Assembly (NCBI RefSeq): GCF_001194135.2
Contig: NC_068981.1
Span: forward strand, 30,516,176-30,548,248
DNA: 32,073 nucleotides
DNA from: Octopus bimaculoides
Taxonomy: Eukaryota
Direction: 5' to 3'
The stretch's first letter is position 1. Each line of letters begins with the position of its first letter. Positions 10,954 through 23,604 of this stretch are shown here, piece by piece. The position numbers and the translations under genes were made by a program. A model generated the notes under the pieces. The model was given only the letters and a program-made list of their open reading frames with translations, was not told the origin of the DNA and searched no databases.

Positions 10954-11128
10954 CTTAATATTAATAAGGATAAGATCGATATTTAGATATTGATTTTATC
11001 AAGTGGCCAGCATGGGAATAAAAACCATCAATATGAACATTTTATTGTGGTTTAGAGTCAAGATTTGACTGCTATTTTCAGCATGGCGGTATCTCATAGA
11101 TACTCTAAATTATAATTTTATATATATA

Positions 11129-11324
11129 TTGTTGTTGTTATGTAAGCCTAAGTTAGCCCCTAATCATTTAACGCTATGTTTGCCTAAAAGTATGATCAAA
11201 GTATTGTGTATCATGTCGTTTATTCAGATATAGTGTATCTAGAACTGAATATACATCTTCCTTTTCTTTATTCGAATTGGGCGTGAATTAAAAACGATTT
11301 GGCAGCTAGAACAATCGAGCGATC
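11129..11324 (-). mobile_element. SINE-like repeat family E, 3' part with (ACA)n tail
   Basis: The reverse complement of 11225-11243 (tctagatacactatatctg) matches 24882-24900 (tctagatatactatgtctg) at 17/19. The (TTG)n at 11129-11140 corresponds to the tail. Confidence 0.55.
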
Positions 11325-11397
11325 AAACAGAGACTTTGATTATTGATTTGTTTACGAGTTTCAGTTTTTGTTGCTTTGCCCATCTCATTGATCCCGA

Positions 11398-11718
11398 TCA
11401 AGCAGACTTATGAAGAATGGTATTCCAAATCTGACCATTTCTTTTAAAGTTATCCAAGATTACATTAAGGTGGCAAAGAATTGTTTGATCGAAATTTTGT
11501 TGATTTTCTAGGAGATTAATCGTTTGTCGAAACCTCTGGTATAAATTCATTCTTAAGACGATCTGGCACATTCGGGCGTAAATATCTGACCACTCATGTT
11601 TATTTGTCATTGGAGAGCAGCTCCTTATTTTAGACGATGTGCATTCAAACAACACGTGATTCACCAGCGTAAAGGGACTTCGAGACTCAATGATACTTTG
11701 ACCTCGTTCTGTGTCTCT
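11398..11718 (-). other. Unassigned 106-codon open frame, possibly a LINE C-terminal relic or an exon
   Basis: Stop-free from 11718 to the TGA at 11398-11400. Non-repetitive and protein-like, with NHVLFEC (H-x4-C half of a zinc knuckle). No clear start or splice acceptor. Confidence 0.25.
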
Positions 11719-11814
11719 TCAGTTAAAGCTACCCCGCCGAATTGATGAATCTAACAAGAGCACGCAGTTCTGTGTGCATCCCATAAATTATTATCCGCTG
11801 TTATTTATTTGGAT

Positions 11815-11982
11815 ACACTGAATTGATTGTAGACTTCCTCGGACAAAATGCTTTGCAGAATTTCTTCCAGCTCTTTGCATTCTCAATTCAAGTTGCACCG
11901 AGCTCAGCTTCCCCTTACATCCTTTCAGGGTGGATAACATAAAGTACTAGCCAAGTACTGAGGACGATTGTAATCGACTAAC
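11815..11982 (+). mobile_element. SINE family A, highly degenerate copy
   Basis: aaatgctttgcagaatt...ttctcaattcaagttgcaccgag...catcctttcagggtggataa...gattgtaatcgact is colinear with the 10116-10242 copy. Confidence 0.6.
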
Positions 11983-12048
11983 GTTTGCTGGCTTTGTGCT
12001 TAAATAAGAAATCAGATTTACCCTGTGTCGTAGTAACCTCTATGTGAA

Positions 12049-12160
12049 GGCGCGTGGTCTAGTGTTTAGTTTCGCACTTAGGATCTCATGGTCGTAGTTT
12101 CAATTCCGGGACCGAGGACTGCATTGTGTTCTTGAGCAAAACACTTCATTCCACGTTAGT
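12049..12160 (+). mobile_element. tRNA-derived SINE head followed by a CORE-like box
   Basis: A-box-like tggtctagtgt and B-box-like gtttcaattcc, then tgtgttcttgagcaaaacactt, which resembles the CORE-SINE ccttgggcaagt box. Confidence 0.6.
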
Positions 12161-12629
12161 CTGTGATTACTGTGTGCACCTGTAAAGGCAATGCTGATAC
12201 GCAGAAATAACCTTTGTGGGTTATTCAGCGAGATATTGCACAACCCTCATCTATCATTTTCGACACCAGAATCCGCCAATAGCACTATAAAACGATATAG
12301 CACTTATGAATAATCACTCCTACGAAAGAAAATAAAGCAAATTTGAAATACAACAAAGCGATCCAAATAGAGAGAAAAAGAAAGCCTAATAAAAAACAAT
12401 GTCCATTCAAGAAAAATCATGGAAAACCTACAGATGCTATTGCGGCTAGCGTGATAGAGGTGAATAAGTCTACACCGTCTTTAGAAACACGAAGGTAGCG
12501 AGCACTAGCATGAAAATTCCTGTATGTAAACACCAAATCACATGCTTATACATGTGTACATCTTGATCTCTCGTTCTACACTTTTCAGCGCTCGTCCGGG
12601 GCATTGGAATTATGAAATAATATGCACTT

Positions 12630-12631
12630 TA

Positions 12632-12663
<32 letters not shown>

Positions 12664-12813
12664 GCCTCCCCCACAACACTCACACACACATATCCATATA
12701 CATAGTTATATATGTAAATAAATATATATATATACGTACATATACATATATATACATATACATACATATATATATGCATGCATTGCTATACATACATATA
12801 TGTATACATATAC

Positions 12814-12892
<79 letters not shown>

Positions 12893-12899
12893 TACATAT

Positions 12900-12934
<35 letters not shown>

Positions 12935-13029
12935 GTAGATAGATAGAAAGATAAATATATATACATATATACTCATGTATATATATTTATATATATGAAT
13001 ACACATATGTATTATATAACCCACATATG

Positions 13030-13092
<63 letters not shown>

Positions 13093-13818
13093 NNNNNNNN
13101 NNNNNNNNNNNNNNNNNNNNNNNNNNNNNNNNNNNNNNNNNNNNNNNNNNNNNNNNNNNNNNNNNNNNNNNNNNNNNNNNNNNNNNNNNNNNNNNNNNNN
13201 NNNNNNNNNNNNNNNNNNNNNNNNNNNNNNNNNNNNNNNNNNNNNNNNNNNNNNNNNNNNNNNNNNNNNNNNNNNNNNNNNNNNNNNNNNNNNNNNNNNN
13301 NNNNNNNNNNNNNNNNNNNNNNNNNNNNNNNNNNNNNNNNNNNNNNNNNNNNNNNNNNNNNNNNNNNNNNNNNNNNNNNNNNNNNNNNNNNNNNNNNNNN
13401 NNNNNNNNNNNNNNNNNNNNNNNNNNNNNNNNNNNNNNNNNNNNNNNNNNNNNNNNNNNNNNNNNNNNNNNNNNNNNNNNNNNNNNNNNNNNNNNNNNNN
13501 NNNNNNNNNNNNNNNNNNNNNNNNNNNNNNNNNNNNNNNNNNNNNNNNNNNNNNNNNNNNNNNNNNNNNNNNNNNNNNNNNNNNNNNNNNNNNNNNNNNN
13601 NNNNNNNNNNNNNNNNNNNNNNNNNNNNNNNNNNNNNNNNNNNNNNNNNNNNNNNNNNNNNNNNNNNNNNNNNNNNNNNNNNNNNNNNNNNNNNNNNNNN
13701 NNNNNNNNNNNATATAGACACATAATATGGATACATATATATATAATATGGATATATATGTACAGATATGTATAGTATGAATATATATACATATATATTA
13801 ACTAGCAATTCATATGTG

Positions 13819-13850
<32 letters not shown>

Positions 13851-14324
13851 ATATAAATATATATGTGTGTGTGTGTGTGTGTATGTATGTGTGTGTGTGT
13901 TTGTGCATAGATATATGAATATAAGAGTAATAAGTAATAACGTATGAATTCATAAAGAAATAAGCATAGAGAAAATGGTGAGAAAAAAGAATATGTCCAA
14001 AACACCATAAAGAAAAGCCGTGTCTATGTAATGTATGTTATTGGAAATGGTAAAGAGGGGAAAAATAGTGGCGAAGGATTAAGAAACGCATAAGCCAACA
14101 ATAGACTGTTACGTATTGTTATATAACGCATATTTGACTCTTATATTACACACAAACACACATACATACACATAGAGGCACAAACACGCATAGATATATA
14201 TATATGATGAACTGTATGTGAGTAATGTAGACATATTTATAGATATCCATATGTATGTATGTATGTATGTATGTATATATGTATGTACGTACGTATGTAT
14301 GTATGTATGTATGTATGTATGTAC

Positions 14325-14388
<64 letters not shown>

Positions 14389-14793
14389 NNNNNNNNNNNN
14401 NNNNNNNNNNNNNNNNNNNNNNNNNNNNNNNNNNNNNNNNNNNNNNNNNNNNNNNNNNNNNNNNNNNNNNNNNNNNNNNNNNNNNNNNNNNNNNNNNNNN
14501 NNNNNNNNNNNNNNNNNNNNNNNNNNNNNNNNNNNNNNNNNNNNNNNNNNNNNNNNNNNNNNNNNNNNNNNNNNNNNNNNNNNNNNNNNNNNNNNNNNNN
14601 NNNNNNNNNNNNNNNNNNNNNNNNNNNNNNNNNNNNNNNNNNNNNNNNNNNNNNNNNNNNNNNNNNNNNNNNNNNNNNNNNNNNNNNNNNNNNNNNNNNN
14701 NNNNNNNNNNNNNNNNNNNNNNNNNNNNNNNNNNNNNNNNNNNNNNNNNNNNNNNNNNNNNNNNNNNNNNNNNNNNNNNNNNNNNNNNNNNNN

Positions 14794-14828
<35 letters not shown>

Positions 14829-15546
14829 CACATACGTAAATAATATATGTTTATATGTGTGTGCGTACGTGCGTATATATATGTACATTTTTTTTAATGT
14901 ACATACATGCGGGTATATTCTTTCTCTGTCTCTATCTCTCTCTCCCCTCTCTCTCTCTATATATATGCGTTTGTGTGTGTGTGTGACCGTATATTACATT
15001 TACATACTCTGTGTGCAATATTTGCGACGGCTGATTACATATAGCAATTCTTTGATGAATTCTATCATAATATATCTTAAAAGATGCCAACACAAAGTAC
15101 TTATACATACTCACAACACTCTTATAAACACTAATATATATGCAGATGCACACATAAAAACTTATATATGGTTGTATGTAAGTGTCAAGGCATTTATTGG
15201 AAGCTGTCTTTATGTGCCTAAAAAATCCAGTTGGAGAGAAATTCCATCGCAGTAAGAAGCATACACCTTGGAGTGGTTTCTTCACACAGTCGGATAAAAC
15301 GATTAAAAAATAGGTTATGCCCACATAGATACGTACTGCCGTGCCCATGCATAAGCTTACGCACACACACATACACACACACACGCTCATACACGCACAC
15401 TGACACAGACACAGATGCACGCATGCACGTATCCACAAATCGAAGAGTTTTCCGAGAAGAGCATTCACACACAGATTTATATAGTCATGCATTGATGTTT
15501 ACATACACACCATGTATGGATATTTATATGTATGTAAGAGTGTGTG

Positions 15547-15640
<94 letters not shown>

Positions 15641-15943
15641 NNNNNNNNNNNNNNNNNNNNNNNNNNNNNNNNNNNNNNNNNNNNNNNNNNNNNNNNNNNN
15701 NNNNNNNNNNNNNNNNNNNNNNNNNNNNNNNNNNNNNNNNNNNNNNNNNNNNNNNNNNNNNNNNNNNNNNNNNNNNNNNNNNNNNNNNNNNNNNNNNNNN
15801 NNNNNNNNNNNNNNNNNNNNNNNNNNNNNNNNNNNNNNNNNNNNNNNNNNNNNNNNNNNATATGTAAATAGACATTAGTATATAAAAACGTTATTCAGGA
15901 ACAGGCTCACATGCGCTTAAAGAAACAAAATATGCATATAGTG

Positions 15944-16013
<70 letters not shown>

Positions 16014-16020
16014 TATGTGT
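12630..16020. repeat. Compound (CA)n/(TA)n/(TATG)n/(GA)n microsatellite-rich region containing three assembly gaps
   Basis: Read directly; gaps at 13093-13710, 14389-14793 and 15641-15859. Confidence 0.9.
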
Positions 16021-16532
16021 GTGAATGTATGTTTGTTTAAACATATAGGCACACGTATACGCACATATGCATATATAAAATTTTAGTGTTACTAGAGAAC
16101 ATACTTGTCAAACAACGAAAGGTTAAAATCACGATTTCGACCTCCTCAGCTTTCATAGAGCTTTCATGCCGCAACGTGTTTAGGGAACTAGGACTGCCTC
16201 TATTCCTTTATTATATTATCTAATTTTTCTGGAACACAAAATGCCAAATACAATATTCCAGACGATTTTATTCTGGGTAATACATGATATAAGAACAGAG
16301 TGACTAGCAGAGGATCGGAAGTTCCAACAGCATATGTTGAAACGTGGCTGCTTTAATGTTGGACTTGTATGTTATATGCAGAAAGAAATTTTTCTAGAGC
16401 AAGACAATAACTTCGTGTACGGTGTGAATTGTTTCTTACATTCTATGGTGTATCATCAAAGATCTCAGTATACATATGTAAAGATCTACATACATGTATG
16501 TGTGTAAGTTGTCTACACATATGAATATATGT

Positions 16533-16581
16533 TCTTTAATTCGTTTCAGCCATTTCGCTGCGGTCATACTGGAGCACCATC
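16533..16581 (-). mobile_element. SINE family C tail fragment
   Basis: gtttcagccatttcgctgcggtcatactggagcacc matches 30738-30773 gtttcagtcatttgactgcggccatgctggagcacc. Confidence 0.55.
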
Positions 16582-16682
16582 GTGATTTTGCACTTTTACA
16601 TATAATTCTTTGGCTGATTACTTTAGAGTGGTGGGGCTTCATATCACCACACCTGTATGTGCTTTTGCTTTGATTGTTGACC

Positions 16683-17075
16683 CATTTGGTATATGAGGTA
16701 ATTTGATACCGCTACCTTTATCTGTACCTCATGCCGGGCCGTTGGTTCATCCAGTATTGTGAAAAGGAGAATGTCCAGTTCCTTTTTGAAGACATTCACG
16801 TCTGCATTTTATAAGTTTCTTAATTTTTGTAGCAGGGCATTGAAGAACTGTGGGCTTTTGAACCCCAAGCTATTACCTTACCTGGTCCTGAATTTACAGT
16901 ACTTTGGTACAACACAACAGCCTCCATTTTGGGCATTTGAATACCACTCAATACCGAAATTAGGTACTTGCACTTCCAGAATATTTTTCATATGTAGATT
17001 ATTAGATATCTGTCATCTTTTCTCCAGGAAGTAAAGACGTATTTTTTAGCGTCTCCCTATATCTCATTTGCTGCA
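16683..17075 (-). mobile_element. CR1/L2-group LINE 3' coding end
   Basis: Minus frame LYFLEKR*Q...ILEVQVPNFGIEWY...FRTR*GNSLGFKSPQFFNAL..KLRNL*NADVNVFKKELDILL...DEPT...VSNYLIYQM matches the LYSLERRR...GPxLFN...FKxxLD...PDEP signature of this group. Confidence 0.8.
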
Positions 17076-17465
17076 CTGTTACAATCTCTTTAGTATATAT
17101 ATATATATATATNNNNNNNNNNNNNNNNNNNNNNNNNNNNNNNNNNNNNNNNNNNNNNNNNNNNNNNNNNNNNNNNNNNNNNNNNNNNNNNNNNNNNNNN
17201 NNNNNNNNNNNNNNNNNNNNNNNNNNNNNNNNNNNNNNNNNNNNNNNNNNNNNNNNNNNNNNNNNNNNNNNNNNNNNNNNNNNNNNNNNNNNNNNNNNNN
17301 NNNNNNNNNNNNNNNNNNNNNNNNNNNNNNNNNNNNNNNNNNNNNNNNNNNNNNNNNNNNNNNNNNNNNNNNNNNNNNNNNNNNNNNNNNNNNNNNNNNN
17401 NNNNNNNNNNNNNNNNNNNNNNNNNNNNNNNNNNNNNNNNNNNNNNNNNNNNNNNNNNNNNNNNN

Positions 17466-17505
<40 letters not shown>

Positions 17506-18336
17506 GTGTGTGTCTCTGTGTGTGTATGCTGGCATCTCCAGTCGAAGACGACGATGTATGGATGTTCAGCAAAAGCTCAACATCCATACATGTGATAGCT
17601 TACATCCTCCATTAAATATGCGTTGCCTGAACTCGTATACGGTGAACCACTCAACAAGGTTCAAATTAACACCTCAATATCCCACAAAATATCTTAGACG
17701 TCACACAATGGAAAACAATCGTTTATAAAGTTATCAACGCGAAAACACGCAGACCATAACAAGCACCACAGGAGCTGATCGAAAAATGTTTGCGTCCCGT
17801 ATGGACATATAAGAATTATGCGAACTGGTGGAAGAGATATGCGACAATACAAGTTCGCTTCAACAGCGAATAAAAAGCCAAAGAACTCTCTACACTCACC
17901 CTTCAGTCTGAGGAACTAGTTTTGATTCCGACAAACCTTGGTCAACGAAAATCTCAATCAAAATTATCTATCCAGAAGTAGAGACACAATGGCTGTTGTC
18001 CGCCATTTGTTACAACATGGAAAACATAAATATATTAGTGATTGCTGTCTTAGAGCTACAAAATTGGCCTTTTTTTTCGATGGCCAGATAACTGAAGAGA
18101 TGGCGGCGTGGATTTCCACCCCGACATCCGAAACTCGGAGTTTTATCATGGCTACCGAATATTTGTCACATATTATTTACAGATAAATTCCTCTACATAA
18201 TATCGAGGTCTCTTTCCTTCTTTTGTTGTCTTATCTTTTCTATCAATACATATATATATGCTCACTTATGTATATATGAAGCATATATATGTACATATAC
18301 ACACAAGCACACACGCACATATACACATTTATGTGA

Positions 18337-18373
<37 letters not shown>

Positions 18374-18787
18374 TGTATGTATGTATATATATATATAGAT
18401 AAATAGATGCTTGGCTGTATGTTTGTATGTTTGTGACACATCTTAACTTCCAGAAGCAAATTCACTGCTGTTTACTGTGGAAAAATGTTCTGGCTTATAG
18501 TAAAAGGTGTAAAAACATCGTATCTGTTCATTGCCTTCCGCTAGTGGACTCCTAGATGTGTTTCTTTCTCCTGAACNNNNNNNNNNNNNNNNNNNNNNNN
18601 NNNNNNNNNNNNNNNNNNNNNNNNNNNNNNNNNNNNNNNNNNNNNNNNNNNNNNNNNNNNNNNNNNNNNNNNNNNNNNNNNNNNNNNNNNNNNNNNNNNN
18701 NNNNNNNNNNNNNNNNNNNNNNGGTCTGCGAGCGCAAGTCAATCATTAATATTGGCTGTTGAATGGTAAAGCTACGGCTGCTACTAT

Positions 18788-18844
<57 letters not shown>

Positions 18845-19613
18845 GGGAGGCGTGTGTGATGCCTGAACGCGTCTGTGCGTATGAATGTGTGTATAATAAA
18901 TTGTAGTAAAAGTAATGGAGGAACAACGCTTTATTTAAAGAATGTTGGAAATTTAAGGAGGCGAGGTCATGGAGAACATGTGTAAAGTTTATGAACAGAG
19001 CCTTTTTCTTTACTAAATGGATTCTTGCCGACACAAACGGCCAATAGGCTTTCAGAATTCAAATGATTGAAGACAGATAAAAACATAATTGAAGTGCATA
19101 AACGGGAATAAAAATAATTATCAAACATGTTTCATTTGGAGATTATGAATAAATATAAACAATTTTTATAATAATTAGTTGGTTCATCGAGTATAATGAC
19201 GAAGAATAACAATAAATACAAACAAGTTAACTCTTATGGAAATCGAACGAGTCAAAATAACAACAAAAGAAACAGAACGCTATTTGTAAAAATATAATAT
19301 TTGTATAAAAATAAATAAATTTCCAATACAAGTACATGCTTTAGAAAACCTTATACTGCTAGGCATACACAGAACACTTCCTGCTTGAGACACATTCAGT
19401 AATAAGACAATGATAATAACAACATCACAGTGAAGATGACATCCTAAAATGCAACGAAAAAAATATCTAGAAAAAAATCAAAGCAAAATCTATGCAAGTC
19501 CATAAGGTACCCCCACCTAGAAAAGAGAAAGAAAACGAAAAAAAAAAAATCCAAAAAAAATCAAAAAAAATCGTAAAACGGAAATTGAGAAGAAAATGAA
19601 ACCAGAAACTGAA

Positions 19614-19660
<47 letters not shown>

Positions 19661-19678
19661 ACAATAATAATAATAATA
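19614..19678. repeat. (TAC)n-(TAA)n compound microsatellite
   Basis: Read directly. Confidence 0.9.
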
Positions 19679-19704
19679 GTTTCAATAAATTTAGGATAGG
19701 TGTT

Positions 19705-19826
19705 AAATCGATAACATCGACCACATGCTCAGCTGGCACTTATTTTATTGACCTCGTAAGGATGAAAGATAAAGGAAACCGCGGCGTATTTTGAACTTAT
19801 ATGTAAAGAACCGGAAGAACTGCCGA
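19705..19826 (-). mobile_element. SINE family A, degenerate, runs into a gap
   Basis: atcgataacatcgac hairpin, ggcacttattttattgacc, aaggatgaaag, attttgaact. Confidence 0.55.
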
Positions 19827-20364
19827 TNNNNNNNNNNNNNNNNNNNNNNNNNNNNNNNNNNNNNNNNNNNNNNNNNNNNNNNNNNNNNNNNNNNNNNNNN
19901 NNNNNNNNNNNNNNNNNNNNNNNNNNNNNNNNNNNNNNNNNNNNNNNNNNNNNNNNNNNNNNNNNNNNNNNNNNNNNNNNNNNNNNNNNNNNNNNNNNNN
20001 NNNNNNNNNNNNNNNNNNNNNNNNNNNNNNNNNNNNNNNNNNNNNNNNNNNNNNNNNNNNNNNNNNNNNNNNNNNNNNNNNNNNNNNNNNNNNNNNNNNN
20101 NNNNNNNNNNNNNNNNNNNNNNNNNNNNNNNNNNNNNNNNNNNNNNNNNNNNNNNNNNNNNNNNNNNNNNNNNNNNNNNNNNNNNNNNNNNNNNNNNNNN
20201 NNNNNNNNNNNNNNNNNNNNNNNNNNNNNNNNNNNNNNNNNNNNNNNNNNNNNNNNNNNNNNNNNNNNNNNNNNNNNNNNNNNNNNNNNNNNNNNNNNNN
20301 NNNNNNNNNNNNNNNNNNNNNNNNNNNNNNNNNNNNNNNNNNNNNNNNNNNNNNNNNNNNNNNN

Positions 20365-21182
20365 CAAGTATGTGGTTCGTAGCAAACAAGCTGATGTCGA
20401 CCAGAAACACACGCTTCAATGGTTACGAAGCTCAGGGCTAAAAGCAGAGAGTGAAGGTTTCATATTAGCTGTTCAAGACCAAAGCGTATCAATCCGGAAC
20501 TACCAAGCCAATGTGATAAAAAATGGAGCTGACCCAAAATGCCGATTCTGTAACGATGCGATTGAAGCAATAGACCACCTAATCTCAGGGTGTAGAGTCT
20601 TAGCACCTGTAGAATATAAAGCAAGACATGACAGAGTCGGCTAGTATTTACACTGGACAATATGTCGGCATTATAAAATCAAAACCGCTGACAAATGGTA
20701 TAAACACCAACCTGAAGCTGTGACTGAGGGAGAAAATGCATCCATTCTCTGGGACTTCCCCGTACATACCAACAGAACTATAAAAGCTAATAAACCGGAT
20801 ATTATAATAAAAGATCAGACAAAGAAGAAGTGTTTATTAATTGACATGAGTATTCCTTACGATCATAATATAGCGGCGAAAGAATTTGACAAGATAAGTA
20901 AATATAAAGACTTGCTAATAGAAATTGAAAAACTGTGGTATCTCAAGGCGACTACCATACCAGTGATTGTAGGATCTCTAGGAATGATAAAAAAAGGTAC
21001 TGAAACCTATTTGAAAATGATACCAGGTTTACCATCCATACCGGAAGTGCCAAAAATCGTGTTAACTGGAACGACTCATGTACTGAGAAGAGCATTATCG
21101 CTGTGAAAACAACATCCATTCATGAATTTATTTATCTATTATTTTTTTTTAAAATACATATTTTACCTGTGAATTTGTGTGT
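20365..21182 (+). mobile_element. R4/Dong-clade RLE non-LTR retrotransposon: C-terminal zinc knuckle, restriction-like endonuclease and start of 3' UTR
   Basis: One frame 20366-21106 with a single internal TAG (20642-20644, RHDRVG*YLHW). C-x2-C-x8-H-x4-C at 20540-20593; KPDI at 20792-20803; LLIDMSIP, KISKYKDL, IPVIVGSLG. Both ends lie in gaps. Confidence 0.92.
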
Positions 21183-21698
21183 NNNNNNNNNNNNNNNNNN
21201 NNNNNNNNNNNNNNNNNNNNNNNNNNNNNNNNNNNNNNNNNNNNNNNNNNNNNNNNNNNNNNNNNNNNNNNNNNNNNNNNNNNNNNNNNNNNNNNNNNNN
21301 NNNNNNNNNNNNNNNNNNNNNNNNNNNNNNNNNNNNNNNNNNNNNNNNNNNNNNNNNNNNNNNNNNNNNNNNNNNNNNNNNNNNNNNNNNNNNNNNNNNN
21401 NNNNNNNNNNNNNNNNNNNNNNNNNNNNNNNNNNNNNNNNNNNNNNNNNNNNNNNNNNNNNNNNNNNNNNNNNNNNNNNNNNNNNNNNNNNNNNNNNNNN
21501 NNNNNNNNNNNNNNNNNNNNNNNNNNNNNNNNNNNNNNNNNNNNNNNNNNNNNNNNNNNNNNNNNNNNNNNNNNNNNNNNNNNNNNNNNNNNNNNNNNNN
21601 NNNNNNNNNNNNNNNNNNNNNNNNNNNNNNNNNNNNNNNNNNNNNNNNNNNNNNNNNNNNNNNNNNNNNNNNNNNNNNNNNNNNNNNNNNNNNNNNNN

Positions 21699-21741
<43 letters not shown>
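21699..21741. repeat. (TAA)14 microsatellite
   Basis: Read directly, immediately after the gap. Confidence 0.95.
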
Positions 21742-21742
<1 letters not shown>

Positions 21743-22324
21743 TTTGCCCTGATGCAGTTCCAGGCACTAGGTCTCATGGTTTCTGATCTTAACTGGTTGG
21801 GAGTGTTACTGTGTACACGATTTATCTTTGTGTAAAAAAAAAAAAAAACCAGAAAAGAAATTGGCTTCAGAAAATATTCTGCTCAATACCATAGATTTGT
21901 CTGTCACTTTCTTGGCTTTAACCAGTTGAAAACGTCCTTCAGTTGCTGACAACATGTGCATCTCTGTTCACGAGCAGAAGTAGTGAGTGAGCATCATAGC
22001 TATGCGTTGAGAGGAATTTTTGCGGGGTAAGAATAATTCACCTCTGATAACATGCGTGTTTCGTTCATCTTTTTTAAACATCTCTTATTCAGGGACCTTT
22101 CGAGCTGGGTGGGCTACCCAACCTGACAAAAATTGTTACTGAGCCCCCGACTTCAATTTCAGATGCTGTTTATCTTGATATGAGATCACCACGTCGCGCA
22201 CATATGTTTGTGACGCATGCGCCTTGTGTAATCTTACCAGACGGGTAGTCATGACGAGTATATTAGGCCGTATATATTTGTACCCTAGTATCACTTTGAT
22301 GGCATGCGCTACTCTCTCACTCGA

Positions 22325-22325
<1 letters not shown>
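21742..22325 (+). mobile_element. About 580-bp non-coding element bounded by (TAA)n and (TAC)n/(TAA)n
   Basis: Complex sequence with sharp microsatellite boundaries at both ends, no ORF and no obvious Pol III boxes. That it is a recurrent octopus repeat, and its orientation, are recollection and unverified. Confidence 0.5.
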
Positions 22326-22365
<40 letters not shown>

Positions 22366-22366
22366 T

Positions 22367-22407
<41 letters not shown>

Positions 22408-22478
22408 TTACTACTACTACTACTACTAATAATAATAATAATGATAATAATAATAATAATAATCATAATAATAATAAT
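22325..22478. repeat. (TAC)n followed by (TAA)n compound microsatellite
   Basis: Read directly; the motif switches at about 22427. Confidence 0.95.
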
Positions 22479-22664
22479 ATAGGCACCGGGTGTGAAATTT
22501 CGGGGGAGGGGCAAGTCGATTTCCACTGGTACTTATGTTATCGATCCCGAAAGGATGAAAGGCAAAGTCGATCTCAGCGGAATTTGAACTCAGAACATTA
22601 AGATAGACGAAATGCCGCTAAACATTTTGTCCAGCGCGTTAACAATTCTGCCAGCTTTCCGTCT
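22479..22664 (-). mobile_element. SINE family A monomer (alternative gggggagggg-type tail) embedded in (TAA)n
   Basis: cgaaaggatgaaaggcaaagtcgatctcagcggaatttgaactcagaac...ttctgccagct, with a tail similar to 8005-8060. Confidence 0.85.
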
Positions 22665-22666
22665 CA

Positions 22667-22822
<156 letters not shown>

Positions 22823-23213
22823 GCGTAATCATCTGCATGAAATGTCAGAAACTGTTCGACAAGTGAGTACTATGGACACTTTAACAGGCTAATCTGAAAA
22901 AGCCAAACAAGTTGCTATAAATAAAAAGCAACAGCCTTGTATATACCCGAGGCATAAGAAGATAAGCTGAAGGATACCGCGTAGTTATATATATATAAAA
23001 AAAAAAGATTAAAATGACACTTCTAATAATTCTGCAGCAAATTTACCTTGCATCGGTAATTTTATATGACGGTACAAGGTCATACAATTTATAATGTAAA
23101 AAGCATAGGCGTATTGTTCGACAACAATACACGGCTACGTTGCTCTTATTTTACTTCCCACAGAATATCATGAATGTTATATAATACAAGGGTTTGATGG
23201 ATGACACTTGATG

Positions 23214-23604
23214 TTGCTGTTGGCACTCCGTCGCTTACGACGTCGAGGGTTCCAGTTGATCCGATCAACGGAACAGCCTGATCGTGAAATTAACGTGCAA
23301 GTGGCTGAGCCCTCCACAGACACGTATACCCTTAACGTAGGTAGTTCTCGAGGATATTCAGCGTGACACAGTGTGACAAGGCTGACCCTTTGAAATACAG
23401 GCACAACAGAAACAGGAAGTAAGAGTGAGAGAAAGTTGTGGTGAAAGAGTACAGCAGGGTTCGCCACCACCCCCTGCCGGAGCCTCGTGGAGCTTTAGGT
23501 GTTTTCGCTCAATAAACACTCACAACGCCCGGTCTGGGAATTGAAACCGCGATCCTATGACTGCGAGTCCGCTGCCCTAACCACTGGGCCATTGTGCCTC
23601 CACC
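23214..23604 (-). mobile_element. Full-length tRNA-derived SINE family B with 15-bp TSD
   Basis: A-box TGGCCCAGTGG (23581-23591 rc), B-box GGTTTCAATTCCC (23536-23548 rc), (CAA)-type tail. TSD ggatgacacttgatg (23199-23213) / ggatgacactagatg (23605-23619). Confidence 0.9.

Noticed and set aside
18455-18500. KFTAVYCGKMF as a C2H2 zinc finger
   Set aside because: The first Cys and both His residues are missing.
859-21835. Long ORFs of 100-441 aa in the track that span N-runs
   Set aside because: Their length comes from X residues across gaps; the remainder is microsatellite translation (YI, HT, CV repeats).
23177-23470. ORF 23177-23470 (and 7792-8088, 10040-10222, 30899-31204) as genes
   Set aside because: They lie wholly or mostly within SINE copies.
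23530-23604. tRNA gene calls for the SINE heads (also 12049, 10116, 31080)
   Set aside because: The A/B boxes continue into SINE bodies with tails or TSDs; no proper acceptor stem or anticodon arm can be folded.
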